From: Octopus bimaculoides
Taxonomy: Eukaryota
Assembly (NCBI RefSeq): GCF_001194135.2
Contig: NC_068984.1
Coordinates: 17,861,765-17,925,764, forward strand
Reading direction: 5' to 3'
DNA: 64,000 nt
The stretch's first letter is position 1. Every line of letters begins with the position of its first letter. Shown here in pieces: positions 26,393-38,879 of this stretch. Made by a program: the position numbers and the translations under genes. The notes beneath the pieces were generated by a model that saw only the letters and a list, made by a program, of their open reading frames with translations, ran no database searches and was not told the DNA's origin.

Positions 26393-27049
26393 TAGATAGA
26401 TAGATAAATAGATAGATAGATGGGGATACAGAGAGGCAGATAGACAAGGAGACAGATATACCTTATTTGATGCTCAATTATAATACAATCCAAGAAATGA
26501 CTTCCATCTGAGCTAAGCTTGATAAATATTGTTTCCAAAGATTTTGGTAATTTATTACTTATGATGTCATATATAATTCTAAACAGATCCTTTATAATCA
26601 GGATTTATATTTCTTTATAGTCAGAATGTCAGAGTTCATCACTGGTTCTGTGTCAGCCATTGTTATAATATTTACTGAGTTCCATTTTCAGGAATTTTAT
26701 ACCGATTTCTTTTCATTTCTCCAAATTAGAATTCTATAGAAATCTCTGTATGGTTGTTTGCCCTGCTAGAAATAACAATTAAATCTTCCATTTATCATTG
26801 TCATACAAAAAAAGGACACATCGTTGGACAATGTAAGCTCTAGATACATTGTGTTCAAATAACAGAGAGTATGGTTGTAGTATGAATGCTTATACTCTCT
26901 CTCTGCTTTGTGTGTCATGTTTACAGGCATTGGGGATCATGGATCCCCACCTCGTCCTGTACCATACACAAGCTACAGTGTTTTGGGGTTGGTCTTTCTG
27001 TAGCCAGAATCTTCTGTCTCTCTCTCTCCCCCTCTCTCCCTCCCTCTGT

Positions 27050-27107
27050 CCGTCTGTCTATCTATCTATCTACCTATCAATCTATCTCTCTATCTACCTG
27101 TCTGTCC

Positions 27108-27170
<63 letters not shown>

Positions 27171-27265
27171 AGTCTATCTCTCTATCTACCTGTCTGTCCA
27201 TCTATCTATCTGTCTATCTATCTATCTGTCTATCTATCTATTTATCTATCAATCTTTCTGTCTGT
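27050..27265. repeat. (ATCT)n/(GTCT)n microsatellite
   Basis: Direct reading. Confidence 0.95.
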
Positions 27266-27274
27266 CTTTCTCAG

Positions 27275-27800
27275 TTTCTTCGTTGCTTCAGTTTGCTACC
27301 TGTCACCAAACTTTCAAGACTTTGTCATTCCATATGATGTCCAATGAACTCAGCCTGTTGCCTTTTCTAAGTTGCTAAGAAGTTTTCTGATGGTTTCTGC
27401 TCACCTGAAGACTTAAAGACTTCAATATTTTGTTGTTCTACCTGTAAATAGAATATCTTCAGTATTTATCTAAGAAGCCAGAACTATGCCGCTTTGATAA
27501 CATTTTACTCTGGTTTATCGATGCTGCTCCATATCACACAACTATATGTAAAGATGAGTTCTCCACATTCCCCTCAAACACTTTACCTCATTCTTATTCA
27601 TAACCATTTATTTGACAATACATATTTGATCTCACATTAAGCAACCTTGGCCTGTCCAATCTTTAACTTAATTTCTTTGGTGATTTTCCCATCTGATGTA
27701 ATAATGCTTACCAAATATTTCAAGCTTGCAACATGCTTCCAGGTTGTCCATTAATTCTTATTCTACACAATCATCTGCACCAAGTGCTTTTGGATATTCA
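27275..27800 (-). mobile_element. Degenerate RTE LINE post-RT fragment
   Basis: SLKYLVSIITSDGKITKEIK..IGQAKVA...[10 protein letters not shown]...SLESLVTG; matches the RTE FKYLGS.I..DG / KRQ..F.GH motifs, many stops. Confidence 0.7.
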
Positions 27801-27989
27801 TCTTTTACCTGTATCAGTCATTAAAATGTGGCCATGCTGGGGCACTGGCTTACAAAAGAACCCCAGCACTTATTTTTTTTAAGCCTGTAACTTATTCTAT
27901 CACTCTCTTTTGTGGAGCCACTAAGTTATGGGGACATAAACACACCAACATCGGTTGTCGAGCGATGGTTGGGGGAACAAACACAGGCA

Positions 27990-28029
<40 letters not shown>

Positions 28030-28036
<7 letters not shown>

Positions 28037-28357
28037 TTACATATAAGTGACAAGGTGTACGTACGCCGCTATATATATATATATATATATATATATTNNN
28101 NNNNNNNNNNNNNNNNNNNNNNNNNNNNNNNNNNNNNNNNNNNNNNNNNNNNNNNNNNNNNNNNNNNNNNNNNNNNNNNNNNNNNNNNNNNNNNNNNNNN
28201 NNNNNNNNNNNNNNNNNNNNNNNNNNNNNNNNNNNNNNNNNNCGAATAACCTGTCCTTGTTTTCTTTGTATCGTCTATATGGATGTCTTGTCCTTTTCTT
28301 GTATCACCTAACTGTCTGGATGTTTTGCGTTCTTGTCCCATTCTGTATTATTTATAC

Positions 28358-28397
<40 letters not shown>

Positions 28398-28995
28398 TGC
28401 CCCTCCCTAATTCTTCTGTCCCTCTGCTTCCACCTCTCTCTCTTCTCTTCCCATGTGACTGGTGTTTGGCCAAGCATGATCTTTCTTGCTTGGCAGGCTG
28501 TTGTGCTTGCAACATCGTTATTCCTCCCTGTGCTTGTGAAATCTTGTATCCCTGCCGTAAGGCATTATTTCCACACACCAGCTTAATTTTATTCATCCTT
28601 AGTTGAAAGACACCTGTTGTTATGTCCTGTTTTATTATTCCTACTGTATTTGTGTAACATTGTTCGTTTTTTTCCATCCTTGTTTTTGTATACATTCGCT
28701 GCTTTCTTCCGAAGAATCTAATGCTCTCAGCTTAGTTTTTCCTTGGGGCTGGCCAGACTGGAGCAATATCGAGAATAACCAGCCGAAATTGCAAGAATAA
28801 TCTGGATCTCGACGGAAGAGAGAAAACTCCAAATGACTTGTCCATGTTTTCTTTGTATTGTCTATTTGTATGTTTTGTGCCTTTCCTGTATCACCTAACT
28901 GTCTGGATGTTTTGCGTCCTTGTCCAATTCTGTATTATTTATACATATATATATAGCAGCGTACATACAACTTGTCTCTTATATGTAAGTATACA
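28030..28995. mobile_element. Penelope-like non-autonomous structure (tandem direct repeats plus inverted terminal copy)
   Basis: ~110-bp direct repeats at 28245-28360 and 28836-28950; 28032-28076 is the inverted copy of 28947-28992; no ORF; part lies in a gap. Confidence 0.45.
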
Positions 28996-29134
28996 TTTTA
29001 ACTAAATCTTGTATGACTCTATTTCTGTCTATCAGCCCCTTCACCCTTATTCGTTCATTCCACTGTTCGTTCTTTCATTCCCCCTCGCTCACATTTCCTT
29101 GCTTTCTCTTCTTTCCCTCCACTTTTCACTTCAC

Positions 29135-29470
29135 CCTTGTTGTTTACAACTTATTCCCAATGTTCGACAAGATTTTCAATACCTTATTGGTAGAAATCAC
29201 CCAATTTTGACTCAAAAAATTGATCCAACCAAGCCTTTAATTCTGCATCAATATTGGATGAAACTTCGCGCATAGCATTTGAAAGAGATCGAAAGAGGTG
29301 GAAATCCGTTGGTGCTGAGAGTACAGCGGATGTGGCAGCACTTCCCAACCATCATTTAGTGATAAAGCTCCATTTAGGAAGTTCTAGAGTTTTGAGAAGT
29401 TATCCCAGTTGTGCATCAAAGGCTCTGGTTGTGGGTTCAAGTGTCCCAGTTATGGGTCAAACGCTTCAGT
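29135..29470 (-). mobile_element. Mariner transposase C-terminal relic
   Basis: VLPHPLYS..APTDFHLFRSLSNAMR...AELKAWLDQFFESK..DFYQ*GIENLVEHWE*VVNNKGE (YSPDLAPSDFHLF motif). Confidence 0.85.
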
Positions 29471-30629
29471 CATGGCTTCAGATTGCAGAAGATGGTTGTA
29501 TGTAATATGACCATGAAGCAAATGACTCTGAGACCTACTTAACCAGGACAGACCCGGGGCTAAAGGAGCTGAACGGACATAAAGGGCCTTAATAACTACA
29601 ACAACTATAGTTTAAATGTGAGAGAAAATTGTATCCTCTCTGTAGCTACCAAAGAAAGAGTGAAACACAGCATCACTTCCTTGTATTGTTTCAGCTTCCT
29701 ATCTTTATGTTATTTATATTCTCTGAGTAATAAGTGATATCAATATTACCAATACTCGAGCCAAGTAAGCAATCTTTTGTTTATATATTATTGTTTCAAA
29801 TCTAGTTTGTTTGAATTAAGCTGGCCTGATATAATGATTGATTTATTGATTAGTTTTTCAAAGCATATTTTAACAATAGCTTTAAGTGAGAAGTGCAAAT
29901 GTACCATTGACAAAGGGGAGTAAATATAAATTTGTATCTATTTGCATATTGTTTATAGAGATCATAAACAGAAGTGGGATACTATGAGCGCTATTAGTTT
30001 CAGGAAATCTGAAGTTACCCTACACTAAATACTGCATTCTTATCTCCAAGGTAACTTTTAAACTACTTGCTGCAATGTTTTGGGTTACTTCCCTTCAGCT
30101 GCTGTTATTTATTTATTTAACCAATCATATTTTCATAAAATATTCAAGTGTGAGTCAGTCCAGTCATGACTACCTAATCTGGAAGCCACATAAGATGTTT
30201 CCTCTTATTTAATCTAATTATCTACATTGTTATAACATGATATAACGCTGCATCTTATATAGCATAGTGTTGTCACTCTCACAATCTATATCAGCAGTTC
30301 TCAATCTTTTTGACTTGGTAATGTGCTGGGGGGTCAAACAAAAAATTACTGCTGTAATTCACATGATGGAAAATAAGAAATTACTTGCACACTTCACATG
30401 GAAATTAAAAACAAAAAAAATGTTTTCAAGCCAAAAATATAGAAAAAAATGTTGAACATGATTACTTACCATGTTTTATAATTCATGCTTGCAAATAACA
30501 AAATTAGGAATTATGCTTTTTCAAGATTCTCAAGAAATTAGAATGGAAGTTCTAAAGCCTAAAACTATATTTTTTTAAAATTCATGCTGCACCTAGACAC
30601 CTTTTGCACTGTATCATTTCAAAACCATT

Positions 30630-30669
<40 letters not shown>

Positions 30670-31104
30670 GTTGCTATAATGTTAAACTGTCGTATGTCAA
30701 AATTTGGTCAAATGTGTTTTTTTTTTCCAATATTTAATTTTGCTTGCAATTGCCAGTTCTTTTGGTCAAACTATCGTATCTCCAGCTGCTTTCAGATGCC
30801 AAGATATCAAAAACTGTCAAACTGTTGCACAATGGTCTTGCTATGGAATGGTGAAACTATTGTTTCATTTTCTGAAAAAGCAACGTTTTGTATTTTTGAA
30901 CTCAGAGCGTCAAGAAGTCAGACGAAATACCGCTAAGCATTTCACCCAGCGTGCTAACGTTTCTGCCAGCTCGCTGCCTTGATGTGCTAAAGATTCTACC
31001 AGCTTGCTGCCTTGGTCTGTATCAGTAATAATGGTAGGGCCAGATTAAGACCCACAGAGGCTCTAAGCACTTAAGAGGTTTTGGTGCCCCCATGTATTCA
31101 ATAT

Positions 31105-31365
31105 GTGGATGCACGTGGCTTAGTGGTTAGGGTGTCAGCATCATGATCGTAAGATTGTGGTTTCCATTCCTGGACTGGGCAACACGTTGTGTACTTGAGC
31201 GAAACACTTCATTTCATGCTGTTCCAGTCCACTCAGCTGGCAAAAATGAGTAATGCTGTGATGAAATGGCATCCCATCCAGCTGGGGAACACATACGCCA
31301 TTGAAACCAGGAAACCAGGCCCATGAGTCTGACTAGGCTTTAAAAGGGCGCATTTATTTTATTTT
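31105..31365 (+). mobile_element. SINE head D + tail Y
   Basis: 13-bp TSD ATGTATTCAATAT at 31092-31104 and 31366-31378. Confidence 0.88.
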
Positions 31366-31586
31366 ATGTATTCAATATATGTAATTCAAAATAAAAACAA
31401 TAACGAACCATGAAAAAAATTTTTAATTTTCAAAATGAAGCAAAGCTAACAGTAAGATGGAAAATAATGTTCATTTTTGTATACTTCCATTTAATTCATA
31501 TTTGAAAAGTTTTCTCCTACTTTTTTTTAACTGCAAAGTCTTCAATCAGAGTTTTACTATGATACCATGAACACTTCAAAATTATA

Positions 31587-31993
31587 TTTCTTAATTCTTT
31601 ATTGGCTACAAGGAGCTAAACATAGAGGGGACAAACAAGGACAGACAAACGGATTAAGTTGATTAAATCGACACCAGTGCATAACTGGTACTTTTATTTA
31701 TCGATCTTGAAAGGATGAAAGGCAAAATTTGAACTCAGAACATAACAGCAGACGAAATACCTATTTCTTTATTGCCCACAAGGGGCTAAACATAGAGGGG
31801 ACAAACAAAGACAGACAAATTGATTAAGTCGATTACATCGACCCCAATGTGTAACTGGTACTTATTTAATCGACCCCGAAAGGATGAAAGGCAAAGTCGA
31901 CCTCGGCGGAATTTGAACTCAGAACGTAGCGGCAGACGAAATACCGCTAAGCATTTCATCCAGCGAGCTAACATTTCTGCCAGCTCGCTGCCT
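31587..31993 (-). mobile_element. SINE family A dimer
   Basis: Two A1 tails on the minus strand; the second unit is 5'-truncated at GTATTTCGTCTGC. Confidence 0.85.
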
Positions 31994-32645
31994 TTTTATT
32001 ATATTTTTATTATATTTCTGACCATATAAACCACTCCGAATATTATTTTAGCAAATTTAATGCAATTTTTTTTTTTTGTTTTTTTTTTGTGTCATAAACC
32101 ATTTACCATTTCTGTAGCGCCGTCCTTCCTTTATTTTGCTTAATGGTTAATTCAGCACTGAATATGGTTAACTAAATTTGTAAGAATTTGATAGTGGTTT
32201 ATACATAGAACCTTAGTAATATATCATCCACTTTACAGTGTGTGCTGGATAATTTTTAAGTACCACTGGCATATATATGGCTGCTTTAAGTTCCTACGTT
32301 TTATTTCATTTCTGGTTCTTGTGGTAATATTATTACATTATAATGTATTAAAGAATACATTACATTCTTATTGATTCTTGTAATTTATTGCTTTTGGTGA
32401 ACTAACAGAGATTTGTGGAGGGAAGGGTGCACGCACACACGCATGTGCCTGAGTTTGTATGTATTTATGCGTACGTCTCAGTGTCTCTCCTCCTCTTGAC
32501 ATCTCACAATGGCAATACATGNNNNNNNNNNNNNNNNNNNNNNNNNNNNNNNNNNNNNNNNNNNNNNNNNNNNNNNNNNNNNNNNNNNNNNNNNNNNNNN
32601 NNNNNNNNNNNNNNNNNNNNNNNNNNNNNNNNNNNNNNNNNNNNN

Positions 32646-32842
32646 GTGGTGGTGGTGGTGGTGGTGTTGGTGGTGGTAGTGGTGATGGTGATGATGGTGA
32701 TGATGGTGATGAAGGTGATGGTGATGGTGATGATGATGATGATGATGATGGTAGTGGCAGTGGTGGTGGTGGTGGTGGTGGTGATGGTGATGATGGTGAT
32801 GATGATGATGATGATGAGGAGGAGGAGGAGGAGGAGGAGGAG
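32646..32842. repeat. Compound (GGT)/(GAT)/(GAG) trinucleotide repeat
   Basis: Direct reading; explains the poly-G/D/E/H ORFs. Confidence 0.95.
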
Positions 32843-33489
32843 TTTCCATTGGACCAATCACAGGTTCACCATCTTCCTGATGGTGATAAGACAAGGAAGT
32901 GTCTGCATCTCAGTGTAGAACAAATATTCCAAGAAATTTTCAATTGAAAATATCTACCGGCAAAAGTCTGGCAGGTTTGTTTAAGCAGAACTAATCAAGT
33001 TAACTGAAGTCAATTAACTAGATTTTAAACTCATTCATACTTGATTGCTAGTTAGATAAGTTAACTGGTATGTTCTAAATATTGTATGCAAAACATTCCC
33101 AGTTTCACTAAAATCCCCCTTTTAGTCGGAGAAGGAAACAAAAAAAAAACTAATTCTAAATCTTTAGCAACACTGAAGATAAAGGGGGAGATAATTGCAA
33201 TGAATTAAGAATTAGTTTCAGAAATTTTAATTACATGCTTTGTAGGAAAATCACTAGTTGTGTCACTTAAGCAACAAAACAAATTATGGTTTAGTCAAAG
33301 AAGGAAAAGCAATATCCTTGACCTTTTTAGAGGTTCCAAGACAGACTGGTGAGAGGAAGAACGGAAGAAAGGAAGGAAGGAAGGAAGTTATCTTTGCACC
33401 AGCAGACGGACCCAAATACTTGAAAATGGTGTGGATGCTGTTAAAGATATTCAAATGTGTAAAACTGAACAATAAACTAAGTCTAAGTT

Positions 33490-34160
33490 GTATACTTGAT
33501 ATATATTGTATTCTATAGTGTTATATACTTGATATATATTGTATTCCATAGTGTTATGCACTTGATATATATTGTATTCCATAGTTTTGTATACATGCTA
33601 CATGTTGTATGTCATAGTGTTGTACACATGCTACATGTTGTATTCTATAGTGTTGTATACTTGATATATATTGGATTCCATAGTGTTGTATACATGCTAC
33701 ATGTTGTATTCCATAATGTTGTATACACGCTGCATGTTGTATTCCATAGTGTTATATACTTGATATATATTGTATTCCATAGTGTTGTATACATGCTGCA
33801 TGTTGTATTCCATAGTGTTGTATACTTGATATATATTGTATTTCATAGTGCTGTATACATGCTACATGTTGTATTACATAGTGTTGTATACATGCTACAT
33901 GTTGTATTCCATAGTGTTGTATACTTGATATACATTGTATCCCATAGTGTAGTATACATGCTACATGTATTCCACAGTGTTGTATACATACTTCATATTG
34001 CATTCCATAATAATGTACACTTGCTACATGTTGTATTCCATAATGTCGTATATTTGCTATGCATTGTATTCCATAGTGATGTATACTTGCTGTGTTTAGT
34101 ATACCATAGTATTGTACACTGACTATGTATTGTACTCCATAGTGTTGTACTCTGGCTTTG
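33490..34160. repeat. 33-bp minisatellite, about 20 units, two interspersed variants
   Basis: Constant GTATTCCATAGTGTTGTATAC plus variable TTGATATATATT or ATGCTACATGTT. Confidence 0.93.
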
Positions 34161-34534
34161 TTTTATATTCCATAGTGTTGCTTATAATTTTGATTTCAGT
34201 ATTTGCAACTCTATAGCTGTGGTTCTACATATTTTGTACCTTGTAAAGTACCAGAGATCAAACCAAAATTTATTGCTGTTTCTTTGTATGGAAAATATTA
34301 AAAAAACGTTGGCACACTTCAAATGGAAAGTTAAAAAAAAAAAAATGTTAAAGTCAGTTAAAATTTCCATTCTTGGTAAACAGTTAGTATTTATTTAGTT
34401 TTTATCTTCTGTAGTTATCTACAGGTTATTTGGTAAGTGACCCAGTGACATTATTTCAATGTATTTTTTATAGAATGGCCAGGAAAAGTGAAATTTTTTA
34501 GAACTGAAAGTTGTTGTTGTTTGTTTTTTCTTGA

Positions 34535-34775
34535 GCTATGCCTGGCTCATAAGGGTCAGTTTCCTGGTTTCATTGGCATATAAGTTCCCTTATACGCTAG
34601 ATGCAGGAGAAAAGAGTGAGAGAAAGTTGTGGCAAAAGAGTCAGCAGAAGTTCACCATTACCTTCTGCCGGAGGCTCCGGCAGGGGATGGTGGCGAACCC
34701 TGCAGTACTCTTTCACCACAACTTTCTCTCACTCTTTCTTCCTGTTTATGTTGTACCTGTATTTCTAAGGGACCC
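34535..34775. mobile_element. Back-to-back fusion of two headless C-family SINEs forming a foldback
   Basis: Minus C+Y arm and plus C+X arm meet at CTGCCGGAG-G-CTCCGGCAG (34665-34683). Confidence 0.8.
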
Positions 34776-35623
34776 ACAGTTTAACGCTGGTTCATATTCT
34801 GCACTTTGACCGCACTTGCATTTTTTTTTCTTTCCTTCTTTTTGACACAACTCATTGTATATGTCTCACGACTCACTGAAGGGTCAGGACTCGCAGTTTG
34901 AAAAACGTTGGGCTAGAACCATTCAAAGCCGTGACCTGGGTAGACCATAGTCCATTGACTACAACAAATAAAAGACATAAATATGTGATCTACACTGCTG
35001 GTCTATGGATGAGATAATGGGAAGATAAATTATAAAGTATAAATTATGAGATGAGAATACAACCACAATATACAGTGTCTTTCCTAAAATCTGGATTAAT
35101 TTTCTCCATCACTGCTTGCCTATTTACAATTTTAATTAATTGGGATCTCAGTATAGCCAAGCTAATTGGATGTTTTGAAATTTGAAGTTGTCCCCCCTAA
35201 CTCTCTTGGGTAAACATAAATATTGATCCACTGTTTACTTCTCTTCAATTTAAGTTTTCATGCTTGATGCTTGACACATTGTATTTGCACTTTACACACA
35301 TAATTGCAGTTTATGGTATCTTAGTGCCTAACAATCATCATCACCATCATCGTTGTCATCGTCATTGTTTTAATGTCTACTTTTTTTTCCCCATGCTTGC
35401 ATGCATCAGACAGAATCTGTTGAAGCAGATTTTTCGATGGCCAGATATTGTTCCTGTTGCCAAACTTCACCAGTTTCCCAAGCAAGGTAGTATTTCTCCA
35501 TGACTGGAGATGTTTTCACAGAGTATTGAAAGTGAACTTAGCTGCAGGCTGATTTTACAACTATCACTCAGTGTCAAAACAACCAGACACAAGCATGCAC
35601 GCACGCATGCGCGCGCACACACG

Positions 35624-35654
<31 letters not shown>

Positions 35655-35676
35655 ATACACATTCACTCACACGCAA

Positions 35677-35707
<31 letters not shown>

Positions 35708-36114
35708 CGCAAACACACATACACATTCACTCACTCACTCACACACACACACACACACACAAACACATACATACACATATATATAAATGCGTATGTACGT
35801 TTCTTCTAATTTTTAATTATCATAAATCTTCCACTGAGAAGGGAGCCAGTTTCCAACAAAGATACAAGGCTCCATCTTTGGGATGAAGTTAACAGAGACA
35901 AATTCACATTTGGAACTTGAGAAAAGTCTTGCATGTTCTTACTGTTCCACTCACAGATTGCACTTGTTATGTACAAATTAGCCGGTTGATTTCTCTTTCT
36001 GAAAATCCCAGTTTATCCAGATTTTCCTTTAAGCATATGTATGTATGTATGTATGGATGGATGGATGGATGGATGGATGGATGGATGGATGTACGTATGT
36101 ATATTTTATGTATG

Positions 36115-36494
36115 TATTCTCATGCATATAGTTGCATATCTAGACATGCTCATATATATTTAAATGATAAACTTCTAGAAAGTTTTACAGATTTTTACAG
36201 TTCCAGTGATGGATTGGATCTGTTGTCTTCAAATTAGCTTTCTCCTTTCTGGTTTCTCAAGATTGGTATTTAGGCAGTGTGTTACATATCCCAGGGCCCC
36301 AATAGTTGCAGGTATAAACCTGAATTTGTAATCTGGATAGAGTAACTGCAGATTTCTCAATAGTTCAGCATAGGTGTTCTCTTTTTCACTGATGTTCAGC
36401 TTTATGCTAACATCTGCTGGGCAGCTAATTTCCACAACTGTGCACAGTTTCTCTTCTCTATCCCAAATCATTATACTAGGTCTGTTGTGATTCC
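36115..36494 (-). mobile_element. 5'-truncated R4/Dong-clade copy (same family as 4508-5187)
   Basis: ORF 36229-36471 MIWDREEKLCTVVEISCPAD...EKENTYAELLRNLQLLYPDYKFRFIP is nearly identical to the 4612-5118 ORF; same 3' UTR. Confidence 0.9.
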
Positions 36495-36784
36495 ATGTAT
36501 GTGTGTATGTATGTATGTATGTTTTTTATTAATATTTAGCAGAAGTAACAGAGTGACTCAAGGTCTGAGACTTTTGTGCACTGGCACTTTTTATACTCAT
36601 ATTTTGAGTTCAATTTTTCCTGTTTGCACCAACATACCTATATATGTATGTATACATGTATATATGACAAGCTTCTCTCAGTTGCCATGTATCAAATCCA
36701 CTCACAAGGCTTTGGTTGACCTGAGGCTGTAGTAGAAGACACTTGTCCAAGGTGCCATACAATGGGACTCAACCCAAAACCATG

Positions 36785-37420
36785 TGTGGTGACACATAAA
36801 AGCACCCACACAGTGACACATAAAAGCACACATGCAGTGTCATGTAAAAGCAGCCATGTGGTGATGCATAAAAGCACATGTGTGGTGATGTGTAAAAGTG
36901 CCCATGTGGCGACACATAAAAGCAACCATGTGGTGACATGTAAAAGCATATGTGTGGTGACACATAAAAGCACCCATGCAGTGATGCATAAGGGGGCGCC
37001 TGTGGTGCCACGTAAGAACAGCTGTGTGGTGACATGTAAAAGCACATGTGTGGTGACGCATAAAAGCACCCATGGAGTGACACGTGAGAGAACACATCTA
37101 GTGCCACGTAAAAGTATCCATGTGGAAACACGTAAAAGCACGTGTGGTGACGTGTAAAAGTGCCCATGTGGTGATGCGTAAAAGCACATTTGTGGTGACG
37201 TGTAAAAATGCTTATGTGACAACACGTAAAAGCTACCATGTAGTGCCATGTTAAAACATTCAGCACACTCTGTAAAGTAGTTGGTGTTGGGAAGGGCATC
37301 CCACCATAGAAAACATATCTAATCAGACTGGAGTCTGATGCAACCCTCAGCTTGCTAGCTCTGGTCATACCATCCAACCCATGCTAGCATAGACAACATA
37401 CATTATATGGTGATGATGGT
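36785..37420 (+). repeat. 24-bp tandem array (about 20 units) fused to a family E tail
   Basis: Unit GTGGTGACAC(G/A)TAAAAGCACCCAT, an expansion of the GTGGCACGTAAAAGCACCC motif of family E. Confidence 0.88.
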
Positions 37421-37507
37421 ATTTATTTATCAACCCAAGAAAGATGATATCAAAGGTCAAATGTAGCAGGATATGAATTCAGAATGTCAGAATGTAAAAG
37501 AATGCAA

Positions 37508-38385
37508 GGCACAGGAGTGGCTGTGTGGTAAGTAGCTTGCTTACCAACCACATAGTTCTGGATTCAGTCCCATTCTGTGGCATCTTGGGCAAGTGGCTTC
37601 TACTATAGCCTCAGGATGACCAAAGCTTTGTGAGTGGATTTGGTAGATTGAAGCTGAAAGAAGCCCTTCATATGTGTGTGTGTGTGTGTGTGTGTGTACC
37701 ACCATCGCTTGACAACTGATGCTGGTGTGTTTCCGTCCCCGTAACTTAGTGGTTCAGCATAAGACACCAATAGAATAAGTACTAGGCTTACAAAGAATAA
37801 TTCCTGGGGTCGATTTGCTCGACTAAAGGCGGTGCTCCAGCATGGCCACAGTCAAATGACTGAAACAAGTAAAAGAGTAAAAGAGTAAGAGAGTAACTGA
37901 ACATCATCCATATGCAACTTAAACACCAGTGAAGGCATGTGGCTTAGTGGTTAGGGTCTTCGGCTACTAATCATAAGGTCATGAGTTCAATTCCCAGCGA
38001 TGTGTTGTGTCCTTGAGCAAGACACTTTATATCACATTGCTCCAGTCCACTCAGCTGGCAAAAATGAGTAGTACCTGTATTTCAAAGGGCCAGCTTTGTC
38101 ACATTCTGCGTCACGTTGAATTTCCCTGAGAACTACATAAAGGGTACATGGTGTCTGTGGAATGCTCAGCCACTTGCACTTTAATTTCACGAGCCAGCTG
38201 TTTGGTTGGTGCAATCAACTGGAACCCTTATTATCGGAACTGATACAGTGTTCAGCAAAAAGAGACTGATAGAATAAGTACTAGGCTTAAAAAGAATAAG
38301 TCCCGGGGTCGATTTGCTCGACTAAAGGCGGTGCTCCAGCATGGCCGCAGTCAAATGACTGAAACAAATAAAAGAATAAAAGAAA
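37508..38385 (+). mobile_element. SINE cluster: B full (37508-37895), D+X (37929-38250), 5'-truncated B tail (38251-38385)
   Basis: Homology to other copies in the window. Confidence 0.85.
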
Positions 38386-38879
38386 CGTTACAAGATAATT
38401 TTGTCTTCAGCTCCATTGATTTTTGTTTTTGGACCGTTTATGTTCTGACATTGGTGAATGCTAATAACTTGTTGCTCCTATAATAATTATGAAATATTGA
38501 GATCTTAGTAACAATGAAGTGTTTAACGAAAATGTAGGACATATGGTTGTTGTGGGAAATAATTAAGACAATTAATTAAACAATGTATTAATTGAAAATA
38601 TATTTATGATATATATATAAAAGAACATTATTGGAAAAGATAAATTTATAAGTAAACTAATTATTCAGACAATTATATTGTTACCATAGGATGTAGTTTG
38701 AATTGACTTTTTCCTGTGTTTTAAGTTCTAAATTATGTTTGGCCATTCAGATAGTGGAAGTGGTAAGGTTTCTTTCAGGTTGAATCAAAGACAGAAAAAT
38801 ATTGAATGCATTAAAGATAGACAAACATTATGTCTTTGCTTGATAATTTTATTTATTTATTTATTTATTTTTATTTATG

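Noticed and set aside
33490-34160. CRISPR-like repeat/spacer appearance
   Set aside because: Only two recurring 12-bp 'spacers', eukaryotic context, no cas genes; it is a minisatellite.
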